Shown: positions 48,594 to 57,479 of the stretch, piece after piece
Layout: each line of letters opens with the position of its first letter
Position numbering within the stretch: the first letter of the stretch is position 1
NCBI GenBank assembly: GCA_048429085.1
Contig: DBFOPE010000211.1
Coordinates: 1-57,638, forward strand
Direction: 5' to 3'
Source of the DNA: Collinsella sp.
Lineage (GTDB): Bacteria; Actinomycetota; Coriobacteriia; Coriobacteriales; Coriobacteriaceae
Length of the DNA stretch: 57,638 bases
The notes under the pieces: generated by a model
Databases searched by the model: none
What the model saw: the letters and a program-made list of their open reading frames with translations, nothing else
What the model was told of the DNA's origin: nothing
Made by a program: the position numbers and the translations under genes

Positions 48594-48715
48594 TGTCTCT
48601 TGCTCCCCTCCTTCCTCTCCCATTCCCGGTACGCCGCCCGAAGCGTCGAGCACATGGTGTCGAGCGCTATCTCGCGCGGGGTCTTGGGCTTACTTTCGTG
48701 CTCCTTGGCGTCCAT
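48590..48715 (-). CDS. Small hypothetical protein (41 aa)
   Basis: Own translation MDAKEHESKPKTPREIALDTMCSTLRAAYREWERKEGSKRQ; starts right after the cro stop. Confidence 0.45.
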   Translation of the reverse strand: MDAKEHESKPKTPREIALDTMCSTLRAAYREWERKEGSKRQ

Positions 48716-48943
48716 CTAGGCGACCATGCCTTTTGATGTGCGTTCATCCACGAGGCCAGCAAGATAGTCAACAGAGCATCCGTAGAGCTTTGCCAGATTG
48801 ATGGCGTCTGGCACGAGGGATGGGGAGCTTTCGCCTCGTTCCCATTTGCCGATTACGTACTCGGAGCGATGAATTTTCTCGCCAACTTCTTCTCTAGTCA
48901 GACCCGCCCGCTTACGCTCGGACACAAGATTGTTGAGCATCAT
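48716..48943 (-). CDS. Cro-like XRE HTH protein
   Basis: RKRAGLTREEVG..KWERGESSP; divergent from the repressor; GGAGG RBS. Confidence 0.8.
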   Translation of the reverse strand: MMLNNLVSERKRAGLTREEVGEKIHRSEYVIGKWERGESSPSLVPDAINLAKLYGCSVDYLAGLVDERTSKGMVA

Positions 48944-48954
48944 TTCCTCCTTCA

Positions 48955-49043
48955 CACTAGTTTCTTGTGCCTGACTGGCACTATATACAAATTTCTTGTA
49001 TCTGTAAACCCTGAAAGTTTGCCATTTGTACAAGTTTCTTGTA
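48955..49043. promoter_or_regulatory. Lysis/lysogeny switch with three operators
   Basis: CACTAGtttCTTGTG (48955), TACAAAtttCTTGTA (48986), TACAAGtttCTTGTA (49029) in the AT-rich divergent intergenic region. Confidence 0.8.
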
Positions 49044-49074
49044 TGCTGCAACTATCCTAAGTTAGGGGTGAGAA

Positions 49075-49407
49075 ATGAGTCTTAAAGACCTTCGGCAGCG
49101 TTCTGGGTTGACGCAAAAAGAGGCCGCAAACGTGTTCGGCCTCAAATACCGGACCTATCAAAACTATGAGCTTGGAAACACTAGCCCCGACATGGACACG
49201 GCGGCTGAGTTTGCTCGTTATTTCAAATGCACCATCGGAGAACTGTTTGACCTTGAAGAAGGTGACGGTGAACAAATTGGCGGACCTGATCGCGAACTTT
49301 TGAATCTATTTAACTCAATGAATAAAGACGGCCAAAAGGCCTTAATGGCCACTGCAAAAGGCCTCGCCGAGACTTTTCCATTAGAAAAAGAGAGCGGGAT
49401 GCGTTAA
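49075..49407 (+). CDS. CI-like repressor (XRE HTH, no LexA-type peptidase domain)
   Basis: LKDLRQRSGLTQKEAA..TYQNYELG..P; divergent from cro. Confidence 0.8.
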   Translation: MSLKDLRQRSGLTQKEAANVFGLKYRTYQNYELGNTSPDMDTAAEFARYFKCTIGELFDLEEGDGEQIGGPDRELLNLFNSMNKDGQKALMATAKGLAETFPLEKESGMR

Positions 49408-49481
49408 ATGCAGACCAGATTGAAGGAAGTTAGGAAGCTCACTTGAGAGAAAACTGCTGAAGGAATAGGGATAGCCACGAC
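49408..49481 (+). pseudogene. Truncated XRE HTH relic
   Basis: Reads MQTRLKEVRKLT*EKTAEGIGIAT, matching helices 1-2 of an XRE HTH with a stop at the usual Gln. Confidence 0.45.
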
Positions 49482-49691
49482 ATGGAATACCGCTACGTAC
49501 TTGCCCATTACTTAGATAAGGCAGGGATGTCACAGGCTGAGCTAGCTGCCAAAATCGGCTCACCGCGCTCAACGGTCTCTGCGCTCCTCAGCGGAAGGGC
49601 CAAGGAACCAACGTTGGGGAAAGCAAAGGCCATAGCTGACGCATTGGGCGTATCTCTCGATGAAATGGCAAGGAAAACGCTTGGAGAGTGA
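49482..49691 (+). CDS. XRE HTH protein
   Basis: GMSQAELAAKIG..STVSALLSG..IADALGVSLDE. Confidence 0.85.
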   Translation: MEYRYVLAHYLDKAGMSQAELAAKIGSPRSTVSALLSGRAKEPTLGKAKAIADALGVSLDEMARKTLGE

Positions 49692-49699
49692 TAGCCACG

Positions 49700-50128
49700 A
49701 TGGCCGCAAGGTTAAGGCTGAGAGAAGCCAGACTGAAGTACGGAGCTAAGCAGGCGGAAGTCGCATCGATACTGGGCGTTTCCGTATCCAGCTATTCAAT
49801 GATGGAGAGCGGCACGCGCACGACAAGTGGCGACAAGATTGCCAAGCTCGCAAGGTTCTATGGATGCTCGGCGGACGAGCTGCTAGGAACTGGCGCGTGG
49901 GAAGCTCACGACATGCAGCTGGCGCGCGCACTGAATGAATACATTGCTGAGCTCGGCATGCGACAGGTCGACGTTTGCCGAAAATCGGGCCTATCAGACG
50001 CCCACGTCTCACAGCTTTTCAGCGGAAAGATAAGAGACCCAAAGGTTAGTGTCGTGAGAAAGGTTGCTCAAGCCATGGGAATATCCGTGGACGACCTACT
50101 CGATAGAGCAGAGTCGTACCGCGAGTAA
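49700..50128 (+). CDS. Tandem double XRE HTH protein
   Basis: Two complete HTH domains; the second has its own ATG at 49913. Confidence 0.85.
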   Translation: MAARLRLREARLKYGAKQAEVASILGVSVSSYSMMESGTRTTSGDKIAKLARFYGCSADELLGTGAWEAHDMQLARALNEYIAELGMRQVDVCRKSGLSDAHVSQLFSGKIRDPKVSVVRKVAQAMGISVDDLLDRAESYRE

Positions 50129-50133
50129 ACACA

Positions 50134-50178
50134 AAAGAGCCCCGTCGGCAGCGCTGGTACCGCTTTAGCCGACGGGGC
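50134..50178. terminator. Hairpin between the HTH array and the integrase
   Basis: GCCCCGTCGGC/GCCGACGGGGC 11-bp stem; T-tract on the minus strand. Confidence 0.6.
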
Positions 50179-50233
50179 ATCCAACCAGTGCACCCATGCA
50201 AACTCAACTTGAAGGAAGGGTGACATACACATT

Positions 50234-51694
50234 ATGCCAAAGAGGGCAGTGATATACGCGAGATTCTCGTGCAACAGGCAGCGCGAGGCGTCCATCGAGG
50301 ACCAGCTGCGCGTCTGCCGCGAGTGGTGCGCGCGCGAGGGCTACGAGGTCGCGGCGGAGTACTGCGACCGCGCCGTGTCGGGGCGCACCGACGACCGCCC
50401 CGAGTTCCAGCGGATGATAGCCAACGCCGGCGAGAGCGAGATCGTCCTCGTCTACATGATGGACCGCTTCAGCCGCGGCGAGTACGACGCGCCGATATAC
50501 AAGCGCGAGCTCGCCACGCACGGCGTCAAGCTGGTCTCGGCGCTCGAGCAGATACCCGACAGCCCGGAGGGCATCATCTACGAGAAGCTGCTCGAGGGGC
50601 TTGCCGCCTGCGAGTCGAGGAAGACCGCCATCAGGACCAAGCGCGGAATGGAGGGCAACGCCCTCAAGTGCAAGACCAACGGCGTGCGCATATTCGGCTA
50701 CCGCAGGAACGGGGACGACGAGTACGAGGTCGACGAGGCGCAGGCGGCGTGGGTGCGCGAGGCCTTCGCGCTGAGGCTGGAGCGCATGTCCATGAACGCG
50801 ATAGCGCGCGAGTTCGCTCGGCGCGGCCTCAGGACGCGCAAGGGCAACCCGTGCGGCCAGGCGATGGTGCAGCAGATGCTGCGCGACCGAAGGTACACGG
50901 GCAGGTACGAGTGGGGAGGCATCGTCCGCGAGGGCGGGATGCCGGCGATAGTGGACGAGGTGACGTTCATGGAGGTCCAGGGGATCAAGTGCCGCAAGCA
51001 GCGCTCGAGCGAGAACTGGGGCGACTTCGCCCTCGCGGGGGCGGCGCTGTGCGCGGAATGCGGCAGGAACCTGCAGGGCGTGAGCGGCAGGGGCCGCAAC
51101 AACGTGAAGTACGAGTACTACAGCTGCCCGGGGTCGTGCGTCCGCAACATCAGGCGCGAGGAGCTCGAGGGCTCCATAGCCTCGGCGCTGCGCGGGCTGC
51201 TGGGCGACCGCGGAGAGGCGCTGCAGATAGCCAACATGGTAGCGGAGCGCGCGGACACGGCCGAGGTGCGGGCGCGCCGCAGGCAGGCCGAGGACTCGCT
51301 CAGGGCCGCGGAGAGGGGCCTGAGGAACATCCTCAACGCCATCGAGCAGGGCGTGATAGCGCCGGGCGTGAACGAGCGCATAGCCGAACTCGAGGAGCAG
51401 CAGGCGCGCGCGAGGTACGACCTCGAGGCCATCACGGACGAGCGGATAGACCCGGAGCGCTTCGCCGACTTCCTGCAGTGCGGGACGGCGCTCGACGACG
51501 CGACGCTGCTGAAGGCGTTCGTCTGGCAGGCGGTCGTCTCGGAGGACGAGATACTGGTCACGCTGAACTACGACAAGAAGGGCGAACCCGCCAGATTGGA
51601 CATCCAGCGGGTTCGAGCAAAATTGGAATGGTGCCCCATGTTGGATTCGAACCAACGGCCTTCTGCTCCGGAGGCAGACGCTCTAATCCCCTGA
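50234..51694 (+). CDS. Large serine recombinase (integrase); last 66 nt overlap tRNA-Arg in antisense
   Basis: YARFS catalytic Ser, SIEDQ, DRFSR, recombinase domain, CAECG..YYSC zinc ribbon, coiled coil. Confidence 0.95.
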   Translation: MPKRAVIYARFSCNRQREASIEDQLRVCREWCAREGYEVAAEYCDRAVSGRTDDRPEFQRMIANAGESEIVLVYMMDRFSRGEYDAPIYKRELATHGVKLVSALEQIPDSPEGIIYEKLLEGLAACESRKTAIRTKRGMEGNALKCKTNGVRIFGYRRNGDDEYEVDEAQAAWVREAFALRLERMSMNAIAREFARRGLRTRKGNPCGQAMVQQMLRDRRYTGRYEWGGIVREGGMPAIVDEVTFMEVQGIKCRKQRSSENWGDFALAGAALCAECGRNLQGVSGRGRNNVKYEYYSCPGSCVRNIRREELEGSIASALRGLLGDRGEALQIANMVAERADTAEVRARRRQAEDSLRAAERGLRNILNAIEQGVIAPGVNERIAELEEQQARARYDLEAITDERIDPERFADFLQCGTALDDATLLKAFVWQAVVSEDEILVTLNYDKKGEPARLDIQRVRAKLEWCPMLDSNQRPSAPEADALIP

Positions 51695-51705
51695 GCTAAT
51701 AGGGC
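51629..51705 (-). tRNA. tRNA-Arg (anticodon CCG)
   Basis: GCCCTAT/ATGGGGC acceptor stem, TCTGC-CTCCGGA-GCAGA anticodon arm, GGTTCGAATCC T arm, ACCA end. Confidence 0.97.
51630..51637 (+). other. Right att junction core GGTGCCCC
   Basis: Direct repeat of 15839-15846. Confidence 0.8.
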
Positions 51706-51716
51706 GAACGGTTGGC

Positions 51717-51746
51717 ATTATACCCAAGTGCGCCACGGGCTAACAA
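51717..51746 (-). promoter_or_regulatory. Sigma-70-type promoter of tRNA-Arg
   Basis: TTGTTA-N18-TATAAT, 11 nt upstream of the tRNA. Confidence 0.65.
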
Positions 51747-51907
51747 AAGAATAGAAAAAGCTTTGCAATTACGTGGGAGACACGGCGCAGAGGCTCACCT
51801 TAGAACGCAAAAGTGAAACAATTAGTATAAACTCTCATGCACATATATAACGGCTCGCGATGCGGGCCGTTTTTGCAAGAGCTATCCATCGAGGTGAGAG
51901 GCACACC

Positions 51908-52933
51908 ATGATTGCGATTTTAAAGCAGAGCGCCAGCGACGAGGCCGTCGGCCATATCGTCAGCTGGATTGAGAAGAAGGGTCTCAAGACCGACGTCTCG
52001 CGCGGCGAGAACGAGACCATCATCGGCCTGGTGGGCGATACGACCAAGATCGACCCGTTCTTGCTCGAGTCCATGGATGTCGTCGAGCGCGTGCAGCGCG
52101 TCTCCGAGCCCTTTAAGCGTGCCAACCGCAAGTTCCACCCTGAGGACTCCGTCATCGACTGCGGCCACGGCGTCAAGATCGGCGGCGACCAGTTCCAGGT
52201 CATCGCCGGACCCTGCTCCGTCGAGGGCGAAAACCTCATTCGCATCGCACGCCGCGTAAAGGCCGCCGGCGCCACGATGCTGCGCGGTGGCGCCTACAAG
52301 CCCCGCACCTCCCCTTACGCCTACCAGGGCATGGGTCCCGCCGGCCTGGACCTGCTATGCGAGGCATCCGCCGAGCTCGACATGCCGATCGTCACCGAGA
52401 TCATGGACCCGCGCGACGTGCAGGTCTTCTTGGATAAGAAGATCGACGTCATGCAGATCGGCGCCCGCAACGCGCAGAACTTCCCCCTGCTCAAGGAGGT
52501 CGGCAAGACCAAGACCCCGGTCCTGCTCAAGCGCGGCATGTCCGGCACCGTCGACGAGTTGCTCATGGCTACCGAGTACATCATGAGCGAGGGCAACGAC
52601 AACGTCATCCTGTGCGAGCGCGGCATTCGCACCTTCGAGACCCGCACCCGCAACACCTTCGACCTCAACGCCGTGCCGGTGCTGCACCACCTATCGCACC
52701 TGCCCGTCGTCGCCGACCCCAGCCACGCCACCGGCTACACCCGCTATGTCGAGCCCATGGCGCTCGCCGCGACTGCCTGCGGCGCCAACGGTCTGGAGAT
52801 CGAGGTCCACGACGACCCGAGCCACGCTTGGTCCGACGGTGCTCAGGCCCTCACGCCCGACCAGTTCGACGACACCATGCGCCGCATCCGCGCCATCCGC
52901 GAGGTCGTCTGTCAAGAGACCGTTCAGGAGTAG
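51908..52933 (+). CDS. aroF: DAHP synthase (type I beta)
   Basis: IAGPCSVE, GGAYKPRTSPY, QIGARN, LLKRG, DPSH. Confidence 0.95.
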   Translation: MIAILKQSASDEAVGHIVSWIEKKGLKTDVSRGENETIIGLVGDTTKIDPFLLESMDVVERVQRVSEPFKRANRKFHPEDSVIDCGHGVKIGGDQFQVIAGPCSVEGENLIRIARRVKAAGATMLRGGAYKPRTSPYAYQGMGPAGLDLLCEASAELDMPIVTEIMDPRDVQVFLDKKIDVMQIGARNAQNFPLLKEVGKTKTPVLLKRGMSGTVDELLMATEYIMSEGNDNVILCERGIRTFETRTRNTFDLNAVPVLHHLSHLPVVADPSHATGYTRYVEPMALAATACGANGLEIEVHDDPSHAWSDGAQALTPDQFDDTMRRIRAIREVVCQETVQE

Positions 52934-52936
52934 CCC

Positions 52937-53851
52937 ATGGGTACGGTGAGAAACGCACGCGTCAACCAGGGAGGCCCCAAGTGCGCCGGCATCGTGGGCC
53001 TGGGCCTCATCGGCGGCAGCTTTGCCCGCGGCTATGCGCAGGCGGGCGTTCGCGTGCTTGCCTGGGACCCCGACGATGACGTGATGACGGCCGCCAGCAT
53101 GGGTACCGTCGCCGGCGAGCTCAACGACGAGACGCTCGGCGAGTGCGACATCATCGTCCTTGCCTGCTATCCCGAAGCATGCATCGAGTGGCTCGAGACG
53201 CACGCCCAGGCGCTCGCCGACGCCACCGACACCGATGCCATCATGGGTCCCGTGGTGATCGACACCGTGGGCGTCAAGGGCATTGTGTGTGAGCGGGCCT
53301 TTGAACTCGCACGAGAGCACGGCTTTTACTTTGTGGGCGCACACCCCATGGCGGGCACCCAGTTCTCGGGCTACGCGCACTCCCGCGCCGACCTGTTCCA
53401 GGGCGCGCCGCTCGTGCTCGTTCCGCCCGCGGTAGTCGATGCCCTTAAGCTGGAGCTCTTGGGCCAGGTGCGCGAGATGGTGCGTCCCTTGGGGTTTGGC
53501 AAGTTCAGCGTGACCACCGCCGCCGAACACGACCGCGTGATCGCCTTTACGAGCCAGCTCGCACACGTGGTGTCCAACGCCTACGTAAAGAGCCCCACCG
53601 CCCAGGTCCACCACGGCTTTTCGGCCGGTAGCTACCGCGACCTTACGCGCGTGGCCCACCTCAACCCGCAAATGTGGTCCGAGCTCATGATCGACGACGC
53701 CGACGCGCTTGCCTTCGAGATCGACCATCTGATCGATTCGCTCGGCGCCTACAGCCGCGCGCTCAAAGACCGCGACCAGCGTTATCTTGAGAACCTTCTT
53801 GCCGAGGGCGATCGCATCAAGCGCGCGCTCGACGACGAGAGCGCCCACTAG
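52937..53851 (+). CDS. tyrA: Prephenate dehydrogenase
   Basis: GLGLIGGS, HPMAG, EHD..TSQLAH, RDLTRVA. Confidence 0.9.
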   Translation: MGTVRNARVNQGGPKCAGIVGLGLIGGSFARGYAQAGVRVLAWDPDDDVMTAASMGTVAGELNDETLGECDIIVLACYPEACIEWLETHAQALADATDTDAIMGPVVIDTVGVKGIVCERAFELAREHGFYFVGAHPMAGTQFSGYAHSRADLFQGAPLVLVPPAVVDALKLELLGQVREMVRPLGFGKFSVTTAAEHDRVIAFTSQLAHVVSNAYVKSPTAQVHHGFSAGSYRDLTRVAHLNPQMWSELMIDDADALAFEIDHLIDSLGAYSRALKDRDQRYLENLLAEGDRIKRALDDESAH

Positions 53852-53887
53852 ACCACCCATCACGCCAGGTCGAAAGGACCATAGCTT

Positions 53888-54994
53888 ATGGCGATTACCA
53901 TCGATATCGACACCGCACGCCCCTACCAGGTACACGTGGGCACCTTTTTGCTGGAACAGGCAGGGCCGCTCATTCGCGCCACCGCCGGAGGCACTCGCGC
54001 CGTCATCGTGACGGACACCAACGTGGGCCCGCTCTACCAGATGCCCGTTAAGCAGAGCCTCGAATCCGCAGGCTACGAGGTGAGCATATGCACCTTCGAG
54101 GCCGGCGAGGCCCATAAGCGTGCCGAGACCTACGTTGCCATTTTGGAGTTTGTTGCCGAGCACGAGCTTTCGCGCTCCGACGTGATCGTGGCTCTCGGCG
54201 GCGGCGTCGTGGGCGACGTGGCCGGCTTTGTGGCGGCCACCTACATGCGTGGCTGCAAGTTTGTGCAGATCCCCACGAGTCTGCTCGCCATGGTTGACTC
54301 GTCGGTGGGCGGCAAGACGGCCATCGACCTGGCCGCCGGCAAAAATCTCGCCGGTGCCTTTTGGCAGCCGAGCGTAGTTATCGCCGACGTGGGATGCCTT
54401 GCCACCCTCACGCCCGAGCAGTTCGCCGACGGCTGCGGCGAGGTCGTCAAGCACGCCGTGATTGCCGATCCGGAGCTTTTCGCCGAGCTGGAGAAGACCC
54501 CGCTCACGCTTGAGCTGCTGAACCGCGACGTGGCCCGCGTGGCGCTCATCATCGCCCGCAATATCGACATTAAGCGCGCTGTGGTCGTTGCCGACGAGCG
54601 CGAGACCAACCAGCGCAAACTCCTCAACTTTGGACACAGCGCCGGACATGCCGTCGAGGCCTGCGAGCACTTTGAGCTGGGACACGGCAACTGCGTGTCG
54701 ATCGGCATGGGTATCATCACGCGCGCCGCGGCCCTGCACGGCATTTGCGATGCCGAGCTGCCTGGTCGCATCGAGGAGCTCTGCGCCCGCCACGGCCTCA
54801 AGACCCGCTGTGAGCTTTCCGCCGACACCGTCTTTGCCGAGGCGTTGCACGACAAAAAACGCGCCGGTGACACCATCGATCTGGTGATTCCGCACGGTAT
54901 TGGCCGCTGCAGCATCGACCGCACGCCGCTATCCACCTTCCATGACTTAATTGCCGAGGGCCTCGGCCAGAAGGGAGACGCATCCGCATGCTAG
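53888..54994 (+). CDS. aroB: 3-dehydroquinate synthase
   Basis: ALGGGVVGD, PTSLLAMVDSSVGGKT, LNFGH. Confidence 0.95.
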   Translation: MAITIDIDTARPYQVHVGTFLLEQAGPLIRATAGGTRAVIVTDTNVGPLYQMPVKQSLESAGYEVSICTFEAGEAHKRAETYVAILEFVAEHELSRSDVIVALGGGVVGDVAGFVAATYMRGCKFVQIPTSLLAMVDSSVGGKTAIDLAAGKNLAGAFWQPSVVIADVGCLATLTPEQFADGCGEVVKHAVIADPELFAELEKTPLTLELLNRDVARVALIIARNIDIKRAVVVADERETNQRKLLNFGHSAGHAVEACEHFELGHGNCVSIGMGIITRAAALHGICDAELPGRIEELCARHGLKTRCELSADTVFAEALHDKKRAGDTIDLVIPHGIGRCSIDRTPLSTFHDLIAEGLGQKGDASAC

Positions 54995-56307
54995 CCCGCA
55001 TCACCCCCTCCCCGCTCAAGGGCACCGTCCCCGCCATCGCATCCAAATCGATGGCGCACCGCTTGATTATCTGCGCTGCGCTCGCCAACGGAGAAACGCA
55101 TGTGACCTGCAACACCACCTGCGCCGATATTGAGGCCACGGTGCGCTGCCTCACGTCGCTGGGCGCCCGCATCGAGACCGTCGAGGATGGCTTCCAGGTC
55201 CATCCCACCATGAAGAGTATTGAGTTCGGCCTGCTCAAGGCACTTGCGGGCGGCACGCTCGACTGCGGCGAGAGCGGCTCCACGCTCCGCTTTATGCTGC
55301 CCGTCGCCTGCGCGCTGGGGGCAGAGGCAACCTTTGTGGGCCAGGGTCGTCTGGGCGCACGCCCCCTCTCTCCGCTCTCCGACGAGATCATTGCCGCCGG
55401 CTGCGACCTGCAGGGCCTGGGCGGCTTTCCGCTCAAGACAAGCGGCCGCATGCGCCCGGGCACCTTTATCCTGCCGGGCAACGTGAGCTCGCAGTACATC
55501 TCCGGCCTGCTGCTGGCGGCCCCGCTGCTGGCCCAGCCCTCCTGCGTGCAGGTGACCGGCCTTATCGAGAGCCGCCCCTATATCAACCTGACCATCCAGG
55601 CCATGAAGGCCTTCGGCGTCGAGGTCAACGTCGAGCGTATCCCCGCCAAGGACGGCCAACCCGAGATCACGAACTTCCGCGTGAGCAGCGGCTCGTACCG
55701 CACGCCTGGCAACGTGGCTGTCGAGGGCGACTGGTCCAACGCCGCCTTTTGGCTGTGTGCCGGCGCCATCGGCTCCGACCCCATCACTGTCGAGGGCGTG
55801 TCGCTCAGCTCCGCGCAGGGTGATCGCAACGTGCTTGCCGCGCTCTCGCGCTTTGGCGCCCGCATCGTGCGCTCCACCAACGCCGCCACTGTGCAGTCCG
55901 ACAAGCTCGCCGGCTTTGAAATGAGCGCGCACGACATTCCGGACCTGGTGCCCGTTATCTCTGCCGTGGCATCGTTGGCGCAAGGCCGCACGTTCATCCG
56001 CGACTGCGCCCGCCTGCGCATCAAGGAATCCGACCGTCTGGCCACCACCACCCGCGAGCTCACCGCACTGGGCGCACAGGTGCGCATTGCCGGCGACGAC
56101 CTCATCATCAAGGGTGTCGACGCCTTTACCGGCGGCGAGGTCGATTCGCACAACGACCACCGCATCGCCATGATGGCCGCCATCGCTGCGAGCCGCGCCA
56201 CTGGCGAGGTCGTGATCCACGGCGCCGAGGCCGTCAACAAGTCCTATCCCGATTTCTTCGACCACTACCGCCTGCTGGGCGGCAAGGTCACGCTCGAGGA
56301 GGAATAG
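54988..56307 (+). CDS. aroA: EPSP synthase
   Basis: SKSMAHR, GESGSTLRF, SSQYISGLL, KESDR, DHRIAM, KSYPDF. Confidence 0.95.
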   Translation: MLARITPSPLKGTVPAIASKSMAHRLIICAALANGETHVTCNTTCADIEATVRCLTSLGARIETVEDGFQVHPTMKSIEFGLLKALAGGTLDCGESGSTLRFMLPVACALGAEATFVGQGRLGARPLSPLSDEIIAAGCDLQGLGGFPLKTSGRMRPGTFILPGNVSSQYISGLLLAAPLLAQPSCVQVTGLIESRPYINLTIQAMKAFGVEVNVERIPAKDGQPEITNFRVSSGSYRTPGNVAVEGDWSNAAFWLCAGAIGSDPITVEGVSLSSAQGDRNVLAALSRFGARIVRSTNAATVQSDKLAGFEMSAHDIPDLVPVISAVASLAQGRTFIRDCARLRIKESDRLATTTRELTALGAQVRIAGDDLIIKGVDAFTGGEVDSHNDHRIAMMAAIAASRATGEVVIHGAEAVNKSYPDFFDHYRLLGGKVTLEEE

Positions 56308-56308
56308 C

Positions 56309-57406
56309 ATGTCCTCGACCTTTGGCAACGTTTTGCATCTGAGCATCTTTGGCCAGTCGCACTCCCCTGCTATCGGCTGCTCACTCGATGGCATTCCCGC
56401 CGGTATCGCCGTTGACCAGGAGCAGCTGCAGGCCTTTTTGGACCGTCGCGCCCCCGGCCGCGACGAGACCGCGACCAAGCGCCGTGAGGCCGACGCCGCG
56501 CATATCATTGCCGGTGTGGTCGATGGACACACTACCGGCGCACCCATCGCCGCGATCATTGAGAACACCAACACACGCTCCAAGGACTATTCCGAGCTGC
56601 GCTGCAAACCCCGCCCCGGGCACGCAGACTTTCCGGCGCGCGTGAAGTACCACAACATGCACGACGTCGCCGGCGGTGGGCATTTCTCCGGCCGCCTGAC
56701 GGCCCCCTTGTGCATCGCTGGCGGCATCGCGCTGCAGGCACTCGAGGCCCGCGGCATCAAGGTCATGGCGCACGTCGCGCAGATCGGCGGCATCTCCGAC
56801 CTGCCCATGGACGACATGGTCTATCGCGAGGCCGACCGCAAGGCGATTCTCACGAACGATCTGCCCTGCATTGACGCCGCCGCAGCCGACCGCATGCGCG
56901 AGGAAATTCTGGCCGCGCGCGACGAGCTCGACAGTATCGGCGGCATCGTGGAGTGCGGCATCTACGGGCTTCCCGCGGGCATCGGTGACCCCATGTTCGA
57001 CGGCATCGAGAACCGCATCGCACAAATCGCCTTTGGTATTCCCGCCGTAAAGGGCGTGGAGTTTGGCATGGGCTTTGCCGTGGCCGCCATGCGCGGAAGC
57101 GAGAACAACGATCCATACCGCGTTGATGCCGAGACCGGCGAGATTGCGGTCGAGTCCAACAACGCCGGCGGCATCCTGGGCGGCATCTCCACCGGCGCGC
57201 CCGTCATGTGGCGCATGGCCGTGAAGCCAACGCCCTCCATCGGTCGCGAGCAGCAGACCGTGGACATGGACGCCATGGAAAATGCCGAGCTTTCGGTCCA
57301 CGGCCGCCACGATCCCTGCATCGTCCCGCGCGCCGTCCCCGTAGCCGAAGCAGCCGCGGCGCTCGCCATCTGGGACGCCCTCCTCGAGGACGCAGGCCAG
57401 CTCTAA
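56309..57406 (+). CDS. aroC: Chorismate synthase
   Basis: GQSH, RPGHAD, SGRLT, GGILGGIS, GRHDPC. Confidence 0.95.
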   Translation: MSSTFGNVLHLSIFGQSHSPAIGCSLDGIPAGIAVDQEQLQAFLDRRAPGRDETATKRREADAAHIIAGVVDGHTTGAPIAAIIENTNTRSKDYSELRCKPRPGHADFPARVKYHNMHDVAGGGHFSGRLTAPLCIAGGIALQALEARGIKVMAHVAQIGGISDLPMDDMVYREADRKAILTNDLPCIDAAAADRMREEILAARDELDSIGGIVECGIYGLPAGIGDPMFDGIENRIAQIAFGIPAVKGVEFGMGFAVAAMRGSENNDPYRVDAETGEIAVESNNAGGILGGISTGAPVMWRMAVKPTPSIGREQQTVDMDAMENAELSVHGRHDPCIVPRAVPVAEAAAALAIWDALLEDAGQL

Positions 57407-57479
57407 AAATCTCCGGGGGGGCCAACTCCGGCCCCCACGCCCGTCCCAGAAAAATCACCAACACGTGAAAGGGGCCTCC

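Larger units (their letters stand above)
15839..51637. mobile_element. Apparently complete temperate siphovirus-type prophage (~35.8 kb) carrying a DGR, integrated at tRNA-Arg(CCG)
   Basis: Integrase, repressor/cro, replication, terminase, portal, capsid, tail and lysis modules in canonical order; 8-bp direct repeat at both ends. Confidence 0.95.

Noticed and set aside
15847..51629. A second DGR target (additional VR)
   Set aside because: No other TR-like stretch or WWLRS-type C-terminus found by eye in this window; remote targets cannot be excluded without a genome-wide search
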